A stretch of DNA of 64,000 bases from Bryobacterales bacterium (GTDB lineage Bacteria; Acidobacteriota; Terriglobia; Bryobacterales; UBA6623), in NCBI GenBank assembly GCA_963422375.2, contig OY729428.2:2208001-2272000 (forward strand), in the 5' to 3' direction. The notes beneath the pieces were generated by a model, which did not search any database, was not told where the DNA came from, and was given only the letters and a program-made list of their open reading frames with translations. A program made the translations under genes and the position numbers. Positions 37,636 through 47,311 of this stretch are shown here, piece after piece. Every line of letters starts with the position of its first letter. The first letter of the stretch is position 1.

Positions 37636-38859
37636 CTACCAGTCTACGGCCGCGCCGTCGAACGCGTCGTAGGGCTGCGGGTTGGTCCAGTCGTGATCGA
37701 TCTTGTCGGCGATCGCCTCGTCGTCGATCTCGATGCCGAGGCCCGGTTTCGTCGGCAGCTCGACGTAGCCGTCTGCGAAGCGCAGCGGCTCCTTGAGGTA
37801 GCCTTCCCCGAGCGACCGGAACTCCTGGCACATGAAGTTGGGAATCGTCGCGTCCAAGTGGACGCACACGGCCGTCGCGATCGGCCCCAGCGGGTTGTGC
37901 GGCGCGAGCGCTGCGTAGTACGACTCGGCCATGCCTGCGATGAGCCTCGCCTCCATGATCCCGCCGCAGTGAGAGAGATCGGGCTGAAGGATCGACGCGG
38001 CGCCCTTCTCCAGGACCTCGCGGAAGCCCCACTTGGTGAAGACCCGCTCGCCTGTCGCGATCGGCAGGTGCGTGCCCCGAGCGATCTCGGCCATGATGTC
38101 GTGATTCTGGCAGTTGACCGGCTCCTCGACGAACATCGGCTGGTACGGCTCGAGCGCCTTGATCAGCAGCTTGGCCGTCTGCGGGCTGATCGCGCCGTGA
38201 AAGTCGATTCCGATGTCGGCCTCGTCGCCGCCGGCCTCCCGCAAGGCGCGGAAGCGCTCGGCGACCTGGCCCACGAAGGCCTTGTTCTCGACAATCCGCG
38301 CCGGGCGCTCCTTGAACGGGCCGACCTTGAATGCGGTGAAGCCGTTGGCCATGTCGGCGCGAATCGTGTCGGGAGTCGTGCCGCCCTTGTAAAGCCGCAC
38401 CCTGTCGCGGGTTGGCCCGCCGAGTAGCGCGTAAACGGGTACGCCCAGCGCCTGCCCGGTGATGTCCCACATCGCCTGCTCCACACCGCTGAGCGCGCTC
38501 GTCAGGACGGGCCCCCCGCGGTAGAACGCGTGGCGGTAGATCGCCTGCCAGTGGTGCTGCACGCGCCGGGGATCCTGGCCGAGCAGGTACGGCTCCATCT
38601 CGCGGATGGCCTCGGCAACCGTCTTCGCCCGCCCTTCGACGATCGGCTCGCCGAGACCCACAAGCCCCGTGTCGGTATGCATCCTCAGAAAGAGCCAGCG
38701 GGGCTTGACCAAGAAGGTCTCAAGTCTGGTGATGCGGAGCGACTCGCCGAAGGGCACCGGCGCGGCGGAGGCGGACGACGACAGGGCGGCGGCGGCTGCA
38801 AGGCCGGCGGCTGCACCCTGCAATACGGAACGGCGCTTGAGGTTGTCGGGCATCAGCAT
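37636..38859 (-). CDS. dgoD: galactonate dehydratase-like enzyme with Tat signal
   Basis: KRRSVL leader; VKPRWLFL, GEPIVEG, FYRGGP, IDFHG, PIATGER, QPDLSHCGG, APHNPLGP. Confidence 0.85.
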   Translation of the reverse strand: MLMPDNLKRRSVLQGAAAGLAAAAALSSSASAAPVPFGESLRITRLETFLVKPRWLFLRMHTDTGLVGLGEPIVEGRAKTVAEAIREMEPYLLGQDPRRVQHHWQAIYRHAFYRGGPVLTSALSGVEQAMWDITGQALGVPVYALLGGPTRDRVRLYKGGTTPDTIRADMANGFTAFKVGPFKERPARIVENKAFVGQVAERFRALREAGGDEADIGIDFHGAISPQTAKLLIKALEPYQPMFVEEPVNCQNHDIMAEIARGTHLPIATGERVFTKWGFREVLEKGAASILQPDLSHCGGIMEARLIAGMAESYYAALAPHNPLGPIATAVCVHLDATIPNFMCQEFRSLGEGYLKEPLRFADGYVELPTKPGLGIEIDDEAIADKIDHDWTNPQPYDAFDGAAVDW

Positions 38860-39046
38860 CTACGGTACAAGAACCCCGCAGGCCGCAACAATCGAACTGC
38901 CGACCGGAGCCGGGCGGCGCTATACTATTCGCAGCGCTATGCTCTTTCGTCGCGGGTTCGTCGGGCGCCCCAGCCCGTTTCTATCGTTCTGAAGACCCCG
39001 CACGCAGGCCGGCCATGCCCGCCGGTCAAGATCAGGCAGCCATCCC

Positions 39047-39706
39047 ATGCGACATGTCACCATCATCGGACACAGAGGGGCCAAGGGCCATCCGGAGAAT
39101 ACCTTGCCGAGCTTCGAGCTCGCCATCGAGCTCGGTGCCGACGGTGTCGAGCTGGATGTGCGCCGGTCCGGCGACGGGCATCTGGTCGTAGTGCATAGCT
39201 CGGTCGTGGGAAGCCTCGCGGTCAAGTCGAATCCGTTCGCGAAGTTCCGGGAACTGCGGGACGGCTACGAGATTCCCTTGTTCGAGGATGTCCTCAAGCA
39301 GCTCTCCGGCCGCACGTTCCTCGATATCGAGCTCAAGGAGCCGGGATTCGAGGAGGAGGCCATCGAACTTATCAAGCGGCACGGCGACCCGAGCAACGCG
39401 ATGATCAGCGGTTTCGATACGACGATGCTCAACAAAGTGTCGGAGTTGCTTCCCGATATCCCGCTGGGATACATCTACAACCGCACGCACGACGAAGGAT
39501 CCCGCCACAACAGCCCGATTGACTTCGTCATACCGCAGTTCCGACTGGCATCGCGCCAGCTGATCGAAGAGGTACACGACGAGGAGCTGCAGGTGTTCGC
39601 CTGGACAGTCAATGAGGAAGCCGAGATGCGGAGGCTCGCGGATCGCGGGGTCGACGGGATCATCACCGACGAGCCGAGCCTCCTGGCCAAGGTTCTCGGA
39701 CGGTAG
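39047..39706 (+). CDS. glycerophosphodiester phosphodiesterase
   Basis: IIGHRGA, PENT, VELDV, DIELK, AWTVN, GVDGIITD. Confidence 0.93.
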   Translation: MRHVTIIGHRGAKGHPENTLPSFELAIELGADGVELDVRRSGDGHLVVVHSSVVGSLAVKSNPFAKFRELRDGYEIPLFEDVLKQLSGRTFLDIELKEPGFEEEAIELIKRHGDPSNAMISGFDTTMLNKVSELLPDIPLGYIYNRTHDEGSRHNSPIDFVIPQFRLASRQLIEEVHDEELQVFAWTVNEEAEMRRLADRGVDGIITDEPSLLAKVLGR

Positions 39707-39766
39707 AGCTGGCGTCGCGGGGACGGTCCCGCCGGCGCGGCGCCCGGGTTGCCCGAGGACCGACGC

Positions 39767-41590
39767 CTAGCCAGCCCCCGCCTGCTCGACGACCTCGGCA
39801 GCCAGCATCTCGTCGATCTTCTCGTCGTCGTAGTCCAGGGACCGGAGCAGCTGCCGCGTATGCTCGCCCCGTGCGGGTGGGTCGCCTTGGATGTACCCGG
39901 GGGAATCGCTCAGCTTCGGAAACACGCCGAGCTGCTCGTAGACCGCGTTGCCCTTCCCTCGGACCGGCGTGACCATGTCGCGCTCCGCTACGCCGTCGTC
40001 CTGCACGACGCGCGATATCTCGCGGACCTCGGTGACGCAGGCGTCGTACTCAGCGAAGATCTCCATCCACTCGTTGACGTCCTTCTTCTGGAAGGAGCGA
40101 GTCAGCTCCGCCTTCAAGATCTCCTGCGCGTCGCCCTCCGCGTACTGGTCCTCGATCAGGTCCGGACGGTTCATCGCCGTGCAGAGCGCCTCCCAGAACT
40201 TGGGCTCGAGCGCGGCCACGGCGACATACCGCCCGTTGCGCACCGGATAGATTCCGTAGCAAGCGTACCTGCCAAACAGGCGCTCGTAGCCGCGTCGCGG
40301 CCGCCGCTTCGTCGCGGTGTAGTTCGCAACCTGCACCGGCATGAGCCCGAGGATCGAATCGAACATCGAAATGTCGACCATCTGCCCGGTGCCGCTGCGG
40401 GTCCGGTCTTGCAATGCCAGGAGGATGCCGATCACGGTCGGCAGCGCCCCTGCCGCGACATCGGCGATCTGCACGCCCGGCACGGCCGGCATCCCGTCTG
40501 CCTCGCCCAGCAGATCGAGCATGCCGGCCAGCGCGATGTAGTTGAGGTCGTGGCCCGCTTCCTCCGCCAGAGCCCCCGTCTGGCCGTATCCCGTGAGGGC
40601 CGCGTAAATCAGCCTCGGATTGCTCTCGCGGAGGCTTTCGTACCCGAGGCCGAGGCGGTCCATGACGCCGGGCCGGAAACCGTCCAGCACCACATCGGAC
40701 TTGTTGGCAAGAGCGATGAATGCCTCCTTGCCCGCGAGGTTCTTGAGATCGATCGCGAGGCTCTGCTTGCCCCGGTTGATCGTTAGGAAGGCGGCGTTGA
40801 ACCCCTGCGACTTGGGATCGAATTCCCGCATGTAGTCGCCTTCGCCGGGCTTCTCCACCTTGATAACTTCCGCCCCGAAGCTGGCCAGGATGTGACTGGC
40901 GTACGGCCCCGGGAGCAGTCGGCTCAGGTCCAGCACGCGAACACCGTCGAGGGGCCTGCGCCCGCGCTCCGCCTGCCGACGCTCGGCGGTCGCCAGCTTT
41001 TCCTGGGTCGTTGTCTTCTTGGGAGCCTTCTTCGCTCCTCGCTTCACCTCGGGCCCGGGCAGCGGGGCGCGCTTGGAGCGCGACTTGGGCCGCCCGTCGG
41101 CTGCGCGGATGCCTCCTGCACCGGACGGGGCCGCAGGAGCGCCGGCACCACCTGCGGGCACGCCGCTCGCACCGGCGTCCGGCGGCTGCGTCGATGCCGC
41201 CTCGGCGGTCTGGGCTTCCCCGGGCGCGGCAGCCTGCGGGGACCGATCTTCGCTCTCAGGCTGGCCCTCGGCGCCCGCGCCGCCAGCCGAAACACTCTCC
41301 CCCGAGCCTCGCTCGCTGGCCGACGGCTGCGCCGCGCCCTCGTCCGCCGCGCTCCCGGCGTCTGCGGCCGACTCGTCGGTTCCGTCGCGAGACACCTCCA
41401 GCGCGGGGCCGGCCGACGAGGCATTCAAAGAGCCACCGCCGGAGGTCGGCCCGTCCCTAGCGGGATCCCCGGGGGCCGCGCGGCTCGAATCCGCTGCCGC
41501 AGCCTCGGCTGCGGCAGCGTCGCCCCCCGCCAATACCGCGGACTCCGTCGGTTCGGCGTGCTGGCGTTCGCTATCGAATCCGTCTGCCAT
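39767..41590 (-). CDS. family III (CaiB/BaiF) CoA-transferase with a long low-complexity N-terminus
   Basis: PLDGVRVLDLSRLLPGP, INRGKQS, FRPGVMDRLGLGY, GHDLNY, QIAD. Confidence 0.9.
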   Translation of the reverse strand: MADGFDSERQHAEPTESAVLAGGDAAAAEAAAADSSRAAPGDPARDGPTSGGGSLNASSAGPALEVSRDGTDESAADAGSAADEGAAQPSASERGSGESVSAGGAGAEGQPESEDRSPQAAAPGEAQTAEAASTQPPDAGASGVPAGGAGAPAAPSGAGGIRAADGRPKSRSKRAPLPGPEVKRGAKKAPKKTTTQEKLATAERRQAERGRRPLDGVRVLDLSRLLPGPYASHILASFGAEVIKVEKPGEGDYMREFDPKSQGFNAAFLTINRGKQSLAIDLKNLAGKEAFIALANKSDVVLDGFRPGVMDRLGLGYESLRESNPRLIYAALTGYGQTGALAEEAGHDLNYIALAGMLDLLGEADGMPAVPGVQIADVAAGALPTVIGILLALQDRTRSGTGQMVDISMFDSILGLMPVQVANYTATKRRPRRGYERLFGRYACYGIYPVRNGRYVAVAALEPKFWEALCTAMNRPDLIEDQYAEGDAQEILKAELTRSFQKKDVNEWMEIFAEYDACVTEVREISRVVQDDGVAERDMVTPVRGKGNAVYEQLGVFPKLSDSPGYIQGDPPARGEHTRQLLRSLDYDDEKIDEMLAAEVVEQAGAG

Positions 41591-41940
41591 GGTAATCTTG
41601 CGACCGACACACCGCCCGAACGGCGCGCCGTCTGACTAGGATCACTGTCCGGTGCGTATCGCAACCGGTTTCCGCAATCACCGCTGTGAAAGAAGCCAAG
41701 CAATCCCAGCCGCCGGGCCCCTCACGGCCCGTGACTATCCGGCGGTCCCGAACAACCCTTAGCCCCTATGTACCAAATAGTGTAGCACATCTGGACCGCA
41801 TGTGCAGCCGCCCGCCCGGTCCCCTGCCCCGGCGCCTGCGAGGCGACAGAGCCCGTCGAGACGCTACAATGAGAGATTCGTGGCTGCCGACCTGCCAGCG
41901 ACTGCAACCGTTCGAGCGGCAAGCGCGTCGAACATTCCGA

Positions 41941-42618
41941 ATGGCAGCGGCAACGAGTATAATCTCCGGTGAAGGCTACGCGATGCCTCATCTCGGCCCG
42001 GCAGCTTCGAATCGCCACGTGTCGTTCGAGAACGCGTCAGAAGCTGATATCGTGCGCCGGGCGCAGGCCGGCGACGAGCAGGCCTACGCAGAGATCGTCC
42101 AGCGGCATCAGAACATGGTCTTCAGCGTCGTCCACCGCATGGTTCGCCGCCGGATGGATGCCGAGGACCTGGCGCAGCAGGTCTTCGCCAAGATCTTCTT
42201 CAATCTGAACAAGTTCGACATGCGGGCGAGGCTGTCGACTTGGATCTACCGGATCGCGCTGAACGAGTCCTACGACTACCTCCGACGGCTGAAGAGCCGA
42301 CGGGTGGTCTACGAGGGCGACCTCTACGCGACGGAAGAAGACCTCAACCGCGAGCGTCCGGCCTCGGGCGACCGCGAGCCCGATGCGCTGGAGCGGGCCG
42401 AGCAGCGCGATCTCCTCGTGAAGCTGCTAGCCCACGTGTCCGCACAAGAGCGCCTGCTGCTCTTCCAGAAGGAAGTCGAGGGAAAGACCGTCACCGAGAT
42501 TTCCGAAATGACCGGGATCAACGAGAATACAATCAAGGTGAAGCTGTTCCGCGCGCGCAAGAGGCTGGTCAAGGCGGCGAAGAAGCTTGACGCGGGCAAC
42601 GCCCGGGGAACCGACTGA
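41941..42618 (+). CDS. ECF sigma-70 factor
   Basis: DAEDLAQQVF, STWIYRIALN, TEISEMTGINENTIKVKLFRAR; start 41941 or 41983. Confidence 0.92.
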   Translation: MAAATSIISGEGYAMPHLGPAASNRHVSFENASEADIVRRAQAGDEQAYAEIVQRHQNMVFSVVHRMVRRRMDAEDLAQQVFAKIFFNLNKFDMRARLSTWIYRIALNESYDYLRRLKSRRVVYEGDLYATEEDLNRERPASGDREPDALERAEQRDLLVKLLAHVSAQERLLLFQKEVEGKTVTEISEMTGINENTIKVKLFRARKRLVKAAKKLDAGNARGTD

Positions 42619-42654
42619 GAGGCTCGCGAAACCGGGGAAACGAGGCACACGGCG

Positions 42655-43152
42655 ATGGACAGGTACCTAAAGGACAACTTGGAGTGCTATCTCTCGGGCC
42701 AGCTCGGCGCGTCTGCCAAGCTCGAATTCAAACGGCGCATGGCGGCGAGGCCGAGGGACCGGGCCGAGATCGAGAGAATGTCTCAGCTGTCGAAAAGATT
42801 CGCTGCGTTCGATCTGCCCCGGGAGGACGGCTTGGGGCCGTTGCCGGGATTCCACAACCGCGTCCTAGGCAGGATCGAGCGCGAGCGCCGGCCTTCGCTC
42901 CTGGACTGCTGCTTGCGCCCGACGGCCATCCGGGGAGTGGCGTTCGCCTCCTGCTCCTGGCTCCTTCTGCTCGTCTCGCTCAGCCTGTACCAAGCGTCCG
43001 CCCGGGCGTCCGTCGAGCATATCGCGGAGACGGTCCTGGCGCAGCCCCCCGAGAGCGCTGACTACTGCAACGTTCGTCTCGGCTGCGACATCGACCTGAA
43101 CCGCAAGTCGATGCTCGCCGCCGTGATCAAATCCGGGCAGGACGGACGCTAG
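42655..43152 (+). CDS. putative anti-sigma factor (ASD-like N-terminus, one TM)
   Basis: directly downstream of the ECF sigma; LECYLSGQL, PGFHNRVL, hydrophobic helix. Confidence 0.7.
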   Translation: MDRYLKDNLECYLSGQLGASAKLEFKRRMAARPRDRAEIERMSQLSKRFAAFDLPREDGLGPLPGFHNRVLGRIERERRPSLLDCCLRPTAIRGVAFASCSWLLLLVSLSLYQASARASVEHIAETVLAQPPESADYCNVRLGCDIDLNRKSMLAAVIKSGQDGR

Positions 43153-43514
43153 TGGACCAGCTCCGGGCTGTGTCGACGGGCAAGGCCGTCTTCGTCTTCG
43201 CGCTGGTATTCTTCAGCGGCTTCGCGACGGGCCTGCTGAGTTCCAACCTGCTGGAGGCGTTCGGGCCGGACCGGAGCAGGCAGTTCCGAATCGATGCGAC
43301 GCTGCAGGACCTGTCCGACCACCTGGCGCTCGACCCCAGCCAAGCCGAGCAAGTCCGCGTCATCCTGGACGACGTGATCATGGAGGAAGCGGAACTGCTG
43401 AGTGAGCTCAAGTGGAACCAGCTCGAAGCGCGCGAGCGCATCGCCATGTACCTGACGCCGGAGCAGAACCGCGTGTTTAACGAAATGATCCAGCTGGGGG
43501 AGCTCGGCCGGTGA
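43152..43514 (+). CDS. Spy/CpxP-like membrane-anchored periplasmic protein
   Basis: N-terminal TM, LALDPSQAEQVRVIL and LTPEQ motifs. Confidence 0.7.
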   Translation: MDQLRAVSTGKAVFVFALVFFSGFATGLLSSNLLEAFGPDRSRQFRIDATLQDLSDHLALDPSQAEQVRVILDDVIMEEAELLSELKWNQLEARERIAMYLTPEQNRVFNEMIQLGELGR

Positions 43515-43858
43515 TCGCCCGGGCAGCCGCGAGTCGAGCGTCGTTCAGTGACGCCAAGATGGGCAAGGCAACCTTGCTCGCGAGCGAGCGGATCTTCTCG
43601 GGCCTCAACTGCTTCCTGCCCGGCCAGGAGCACGCGCTCCACTCGCATGCGGGCCAAGACAAGCTGTACTTCATCCTGGAGGGCTCCGGCGACGTCACCG
43701 TCGGGGAGCGCACGTGGAGGGCCGACGCCGGCGACTTGGTGCTGGCTCGCTCGGGCGAGCCCCACGCCATCAGGAACCCGGGCCCGAGCAATCTCGTGGT
43801 GCTGACCCTGATGGCACCTCCGCCCAAGGCGAAGGGCGTCCCGCCGGGCAGCCGCTAG
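43511..43858 (+). CDS. cupin domain protein
   Basis: PGQEHALHSH, YFILEGSG, GEPHAIRN; GTGA overlap with the upstream gene. Confidence 0.88.
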   Translation: MIARAAASRASFSDAKMGKATLLASERIFSGLNCFLPGQEHALHSHAGQDKLYFILEGSGDVTVGERTWRADAGDLVLARSGEPHAIRNPGPSNLVVLTLMAPPPKAKGVPPGSR

Positions 43859-43880
43859 AGTCCTTCCCTGCCCCGAGCCA

Positions 43881-45308
43881 TCAGCCAGCGGAACCGGTCT
43901 GGCTGGCGGACGACACGTTGACGGGCTCGCGCCCCATCTGGTCGATCTCGCTGAAGGAGACCTTGCGCTGCTCGTCCATGGCCAGGTTGGCCAGCATGAC
44001 CGCAACCGAGTCACGCAAGCCCACGTCGATGTCCGCGCGCGGCCTGCTGCCGGTGGCGACGTCGGAGAGAAAGCTCGACAGCTCGGCGTACTCGGGGTCG
44101 ATGGACTCGCTCGGCCGCAGGATGCCCTTCCGGTAGGCCCAGGTCTTCGCGAAGAAGAGCTCCTTCTCGAGAAAGCTGACCTGGTTGGGATCGACCGCCT
44201 CCGGATCGATCGGGAAGCCGTCGCCCTGCTCGGCGGTGTCCGCGCCGACCGTCGCGCCCGCAACCCAGTTCTCGGTCGTGCTCTCCTGCTTCGCCTGGTC
44301 CTCCATCTTGACCTTCATCTCGTCGCGGTAGTACATGCCGTCGCCGTAAGGAATCAGCGTGAGCTCGATCGCGCCGTCGGTTCCGAGAATCGTCTCGCGG
44401 CAGCCGTCGCCCGGCACGCGCCGTCCGGCGAGGTGGCGGTTGGTCATGACGGAGCTGTACTGAAGCTTCTGCCCGCCGGGATACTCGAAGATCAGCTGGA
44501 TGTTGTCGTAAATGTCCCGGCCGTCCCGCCAGTAGTCCAAGCCGCCGACTCCCATCACCGAGATCGGATGCTGGTCGAGGAACCAGTCCGCCACGTCCAC
44601 CTGGTGGGACATGAGCTCGGCGCACAGGCCTCCCGAGTACCTTCGGTATAGGCGCCAGTTGAACTGGTCCTCGAACTCCTCGGACGCCTTCCGCCGCCAG
44701 TTGGTGTTGCGGTGCCACTGGGCTTGGATGTGCGTGACGTCGCCGATCACGCCCGCGTCGATCATCTCCTTCGCGCGCTGGTACAGCAGGCTGTACCGCC
44801 GCTGAAGGCCGACCTGGATCGTCAGATCCGGGTGCGCCGCGCGGAGCCTGCGCATCGCATGCACCTCGGCAGGGGCGAAGACGAGCGACTTCTCACAAAA
44901 GACGTGCTTGCCCGCCTCCAGCGCCGCCTTCATCACCGGAAAGTGCAGGTACAGCGGCACGGTGATGAAGACAGCCTCGATGTCGTCCCGCTGCAGCAGG
45001 GTGCGGTAGTCCGTGTAGCCCTCAGGCTCGTTGTTGAAGACCTCCAGCGCTCGGTTGAGGTTCTTCTCGTAGATGTCACACAGGGCCACGCACTTGCCGT
45101 GCCTCATGTGGGCGAGGTGCCGCTCCAAGAGCCGCCGGCCACGGCTGCCCGGGCCGATCATCGCATAGTTGACGACACGGGCCTGGGCCTTCGCCGAGCG
45201 CACGAACGGCCCGTGGCTGACCGCTGCCGCGGCGGCTCCGACCGCGGCGGCGGCGGTCGCAAAGTCGCGCCGACCGATCTGGGGCGCGCTTGATTCCTGT
45301 TCTGCCAT
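43881..45308 (-). CDS. Gfo/Idh/MocA oxidoreductase with Tat signal
   Basis: GRRDF leader, IGPGSRG, GKHVFCEK, QVGLQRR, NWRLY...SHQVD. Confidence 0.92.
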   Translation of the reverse strand: MAEQESSAPQIGRRDFATAAAAVGAAAAAVSHGPFVRSAKAQARVVNYAMIGPGSRGRRLLERHLAHMRHGKCVALCDIYEKNLNRALEVFNNEPEGYTDYRTLLQRDDIEAVFITVPLYLHFPVMKAALEAGKHVFCEKSLVFAPAEVHAMRRLRAAHPDLTIQVGLQRRYSLLYQRAKEMIDAGVIGDVTHIQAQWHRNTNWRRKASEEFEDQFNWRLYRRYSGGLCAELMSHQVDVADWFLDQHPISVMGVGGLDYWRDGRDIYDNIQLIFEYPGGQKLQYSSVMTNRHLAGRRVPGDGCRETILGTDGAIELTLIPYGDGMYYRDEMKVKMEDQAKQESTTENWVAGATVGADTAEQGDGFPIDPEAVDPNQVSFLEKELFFAKTWAYRKGILRPSESIDPEYAELSSFLSDVATGSRPRADIDVGLRDSVAVMLANLAMDEQRKVSFSEIDQMGREPVNVSSASQTGSAG

Positions 45309-45613
45309 GTATCTCTAGGGAAACCGGTCCCTTGACTGAGTCTAGACTCTGGCGCCATGAATCGCAAGGGGCGGGAACGGCGGTGCGCGGCCCTACCCTG
45401 CCGACCGTGGCGGAGACCGGGCGAGCCGTGCCCCAAGTCGGCCTCTACCTGCCGGAGACACGCCCACCCGGCGCGGATGCCAGATCCGCCGGGTTCAACT
45501 GGAGTCCGAGCTGCCGCGACCTGGCCGCCCGGATGGTACGTCGTTCAAGGCAGGCTGCCGTTCATGCGGTTGTCCTCTCCTCGGCGGCGGGTCACGGGGG
45601 GCGATGCCTCTAG

Positions 45614-46030
45614 CCCGCATTATTCATGAATGTGGCGCAGGCTCATGGATCCAGTTGCTGGGCCTTCGATGGCCGCCGAATCTGCTTCCGAAACGCCTGC
45701 GGGCGGGGAATGCGGGGCTTGCGGGGCGTCTCGCGAGCGGCCTGCGGGCCGCGGACACCTCCTCGGCGGCACCCGCCCGGAGGGCAGGCACGGTTTCCCC
45801 CCGGCGGCGCCCGGCGCCTGCCGACACTCTCCGGATGGACCCGGCCCGGCGTCATATCGGCACGGCCCCCAAGCCCCGCGCCACCACCACCCGGGCGTCC
45901 CGGAACGGTGCCGTCCGCGGCACTCGCAGCACGATCCGCTTGGCCGTGGCCGCGACCCGCGCCCCCGGCTTCAGCAGGCCGGGGCGCAACCCGTCCACCG
46001 GCGCTTCCGCAGCGGCGTCTCCCGCGCCTG
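45614..46030 (-). pseudogene. IS1380-family remnant (transposase C-terminus plus terminal end)
   Basis: minus-strand LRPGLLKPGARVAATAKRIVLRVP resembles IS1380 C-termini; terminus CCCGCATTATTCAT next to CTAG. Confidence 0.6.
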
Positions 46031-46905
46031 CCACAGCGCAGTTCCTGCATACGTGCTGTGGAATTCCCGCGCCAGACAGGGCCACGAGCCGCCATGACGC
46101 CCAAGGAGTCGCGACCATCGTCGGTTGGAGGCTCGAGCGAATGGCAGGGCCGGGCCAGCAACTTACCCGCCTCTGCTGCGTTGCTGCTCCATTATATGCC
46201 CTCTTGGTAGGCAAAGCCGTGCCACGCACCTAGGTTGCGCACCTTCGTTGACGGCGGCCGTCTCGGCCGCAGCGGGTTGCGTAACCCCTGTGACATGCGA
46301 TGACTTCAGCTCCCCGCACCTGCGGAGAGCGGCAGGTGCAGCATCGTCACCCGCGCAAGGCACCGGCGTTCCGTCCGCCACGAGACGGCGCAGTGTCCAG
46401 CTCGGGAGTCGCTGAGCGGACTTCTCGAGACGCACGCCCTTCCCCGCCCTATCCGAAGAGGCCGCCCTCGGCCTCGAGGGCCCGGAAATAGGCCTCGACC
46501 TGGCTGTCTAGGACCACGCCGCGTCCCGTCGGAGAGGAGCGCGCGGCGATGCCTAGCGCATCCGGGTGGTGATCCCTCTCCAACACCCACCGAACCCTCC
46601 CGCACGGCAGCAGACCGACACGCACGGCGTCCGGGGCATCCTCAGGAATCCGCTTGCATCTTGCTCGGGCATAGCCGAGGTTGCATCCCCACACCAGCAG
46701 TTCTCCTCCGGGCTCGGGAGCCTCGCCGGGCACGGCCCTGCAGACGCCCGCATACAGGCGCCCGAGCGGCGGGGGACACTTGCCGGGCCAATCGGTCCGG
46801 GCCAAGCCGTCTATCGGCTCGAAGAATGCGCAAGCCACGACGAACCAGTCTATTCCGTGCCAGACTGGCCGGGCAACTCCAGCGGTGTATCCTTGTGTTT
46901 TCGTC

Positions 46906-47217
46906 ATGAACCGCCTGGACGCGCTTCAAGCATTGCTCCGAGCTGACCCATCGAGCCAGTTCGCACGCTACGGACTGGCCCAGGAACTGTTCAAGGCCGG
47001 CAAGCACGCCGAGGCGGTCGACGAATACGAGCGGATCATCCTGGCGGACAGCGACTATCAGGCCGCCTACTACCACGCCGGCAAGGCCTTGGAGCGGCTC
47101 GGTCGCACCGATGACGCTCTCGCGATGTACGAGCGGGGAGTCGAGGCATCGTACCGGACGGGGAACCTTCACGCTCGCAGCGAATTGCAGGAGGCCATTC
47201 AAGGTCTCTCGGGCTGA
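46906..47217 (+). CDS. small tetratricopeptide repeat protein
   Basis: FARYGLAQE, YQAAYYHAGKALERLGR. Confidence 0.88.
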   Translation: MNRLDALQALLRADPSSQFARYGLAQELFKAGKHAEAVDEYERIILADSDYQAAYYHAGKALERLGRTDDALAMYERGVEASYRTGNLHARSELQEAIQGLSG

Positions 47218-47311
47218 CTGCCCGGGCTTGGCCGGCCGCGCGCTTCCGACCGGCACCAAGCGCTGCGGCAGGCAGTTGGACCGGTCTGTACCTTGGTGAC
47301 GAGCCGCCCCG

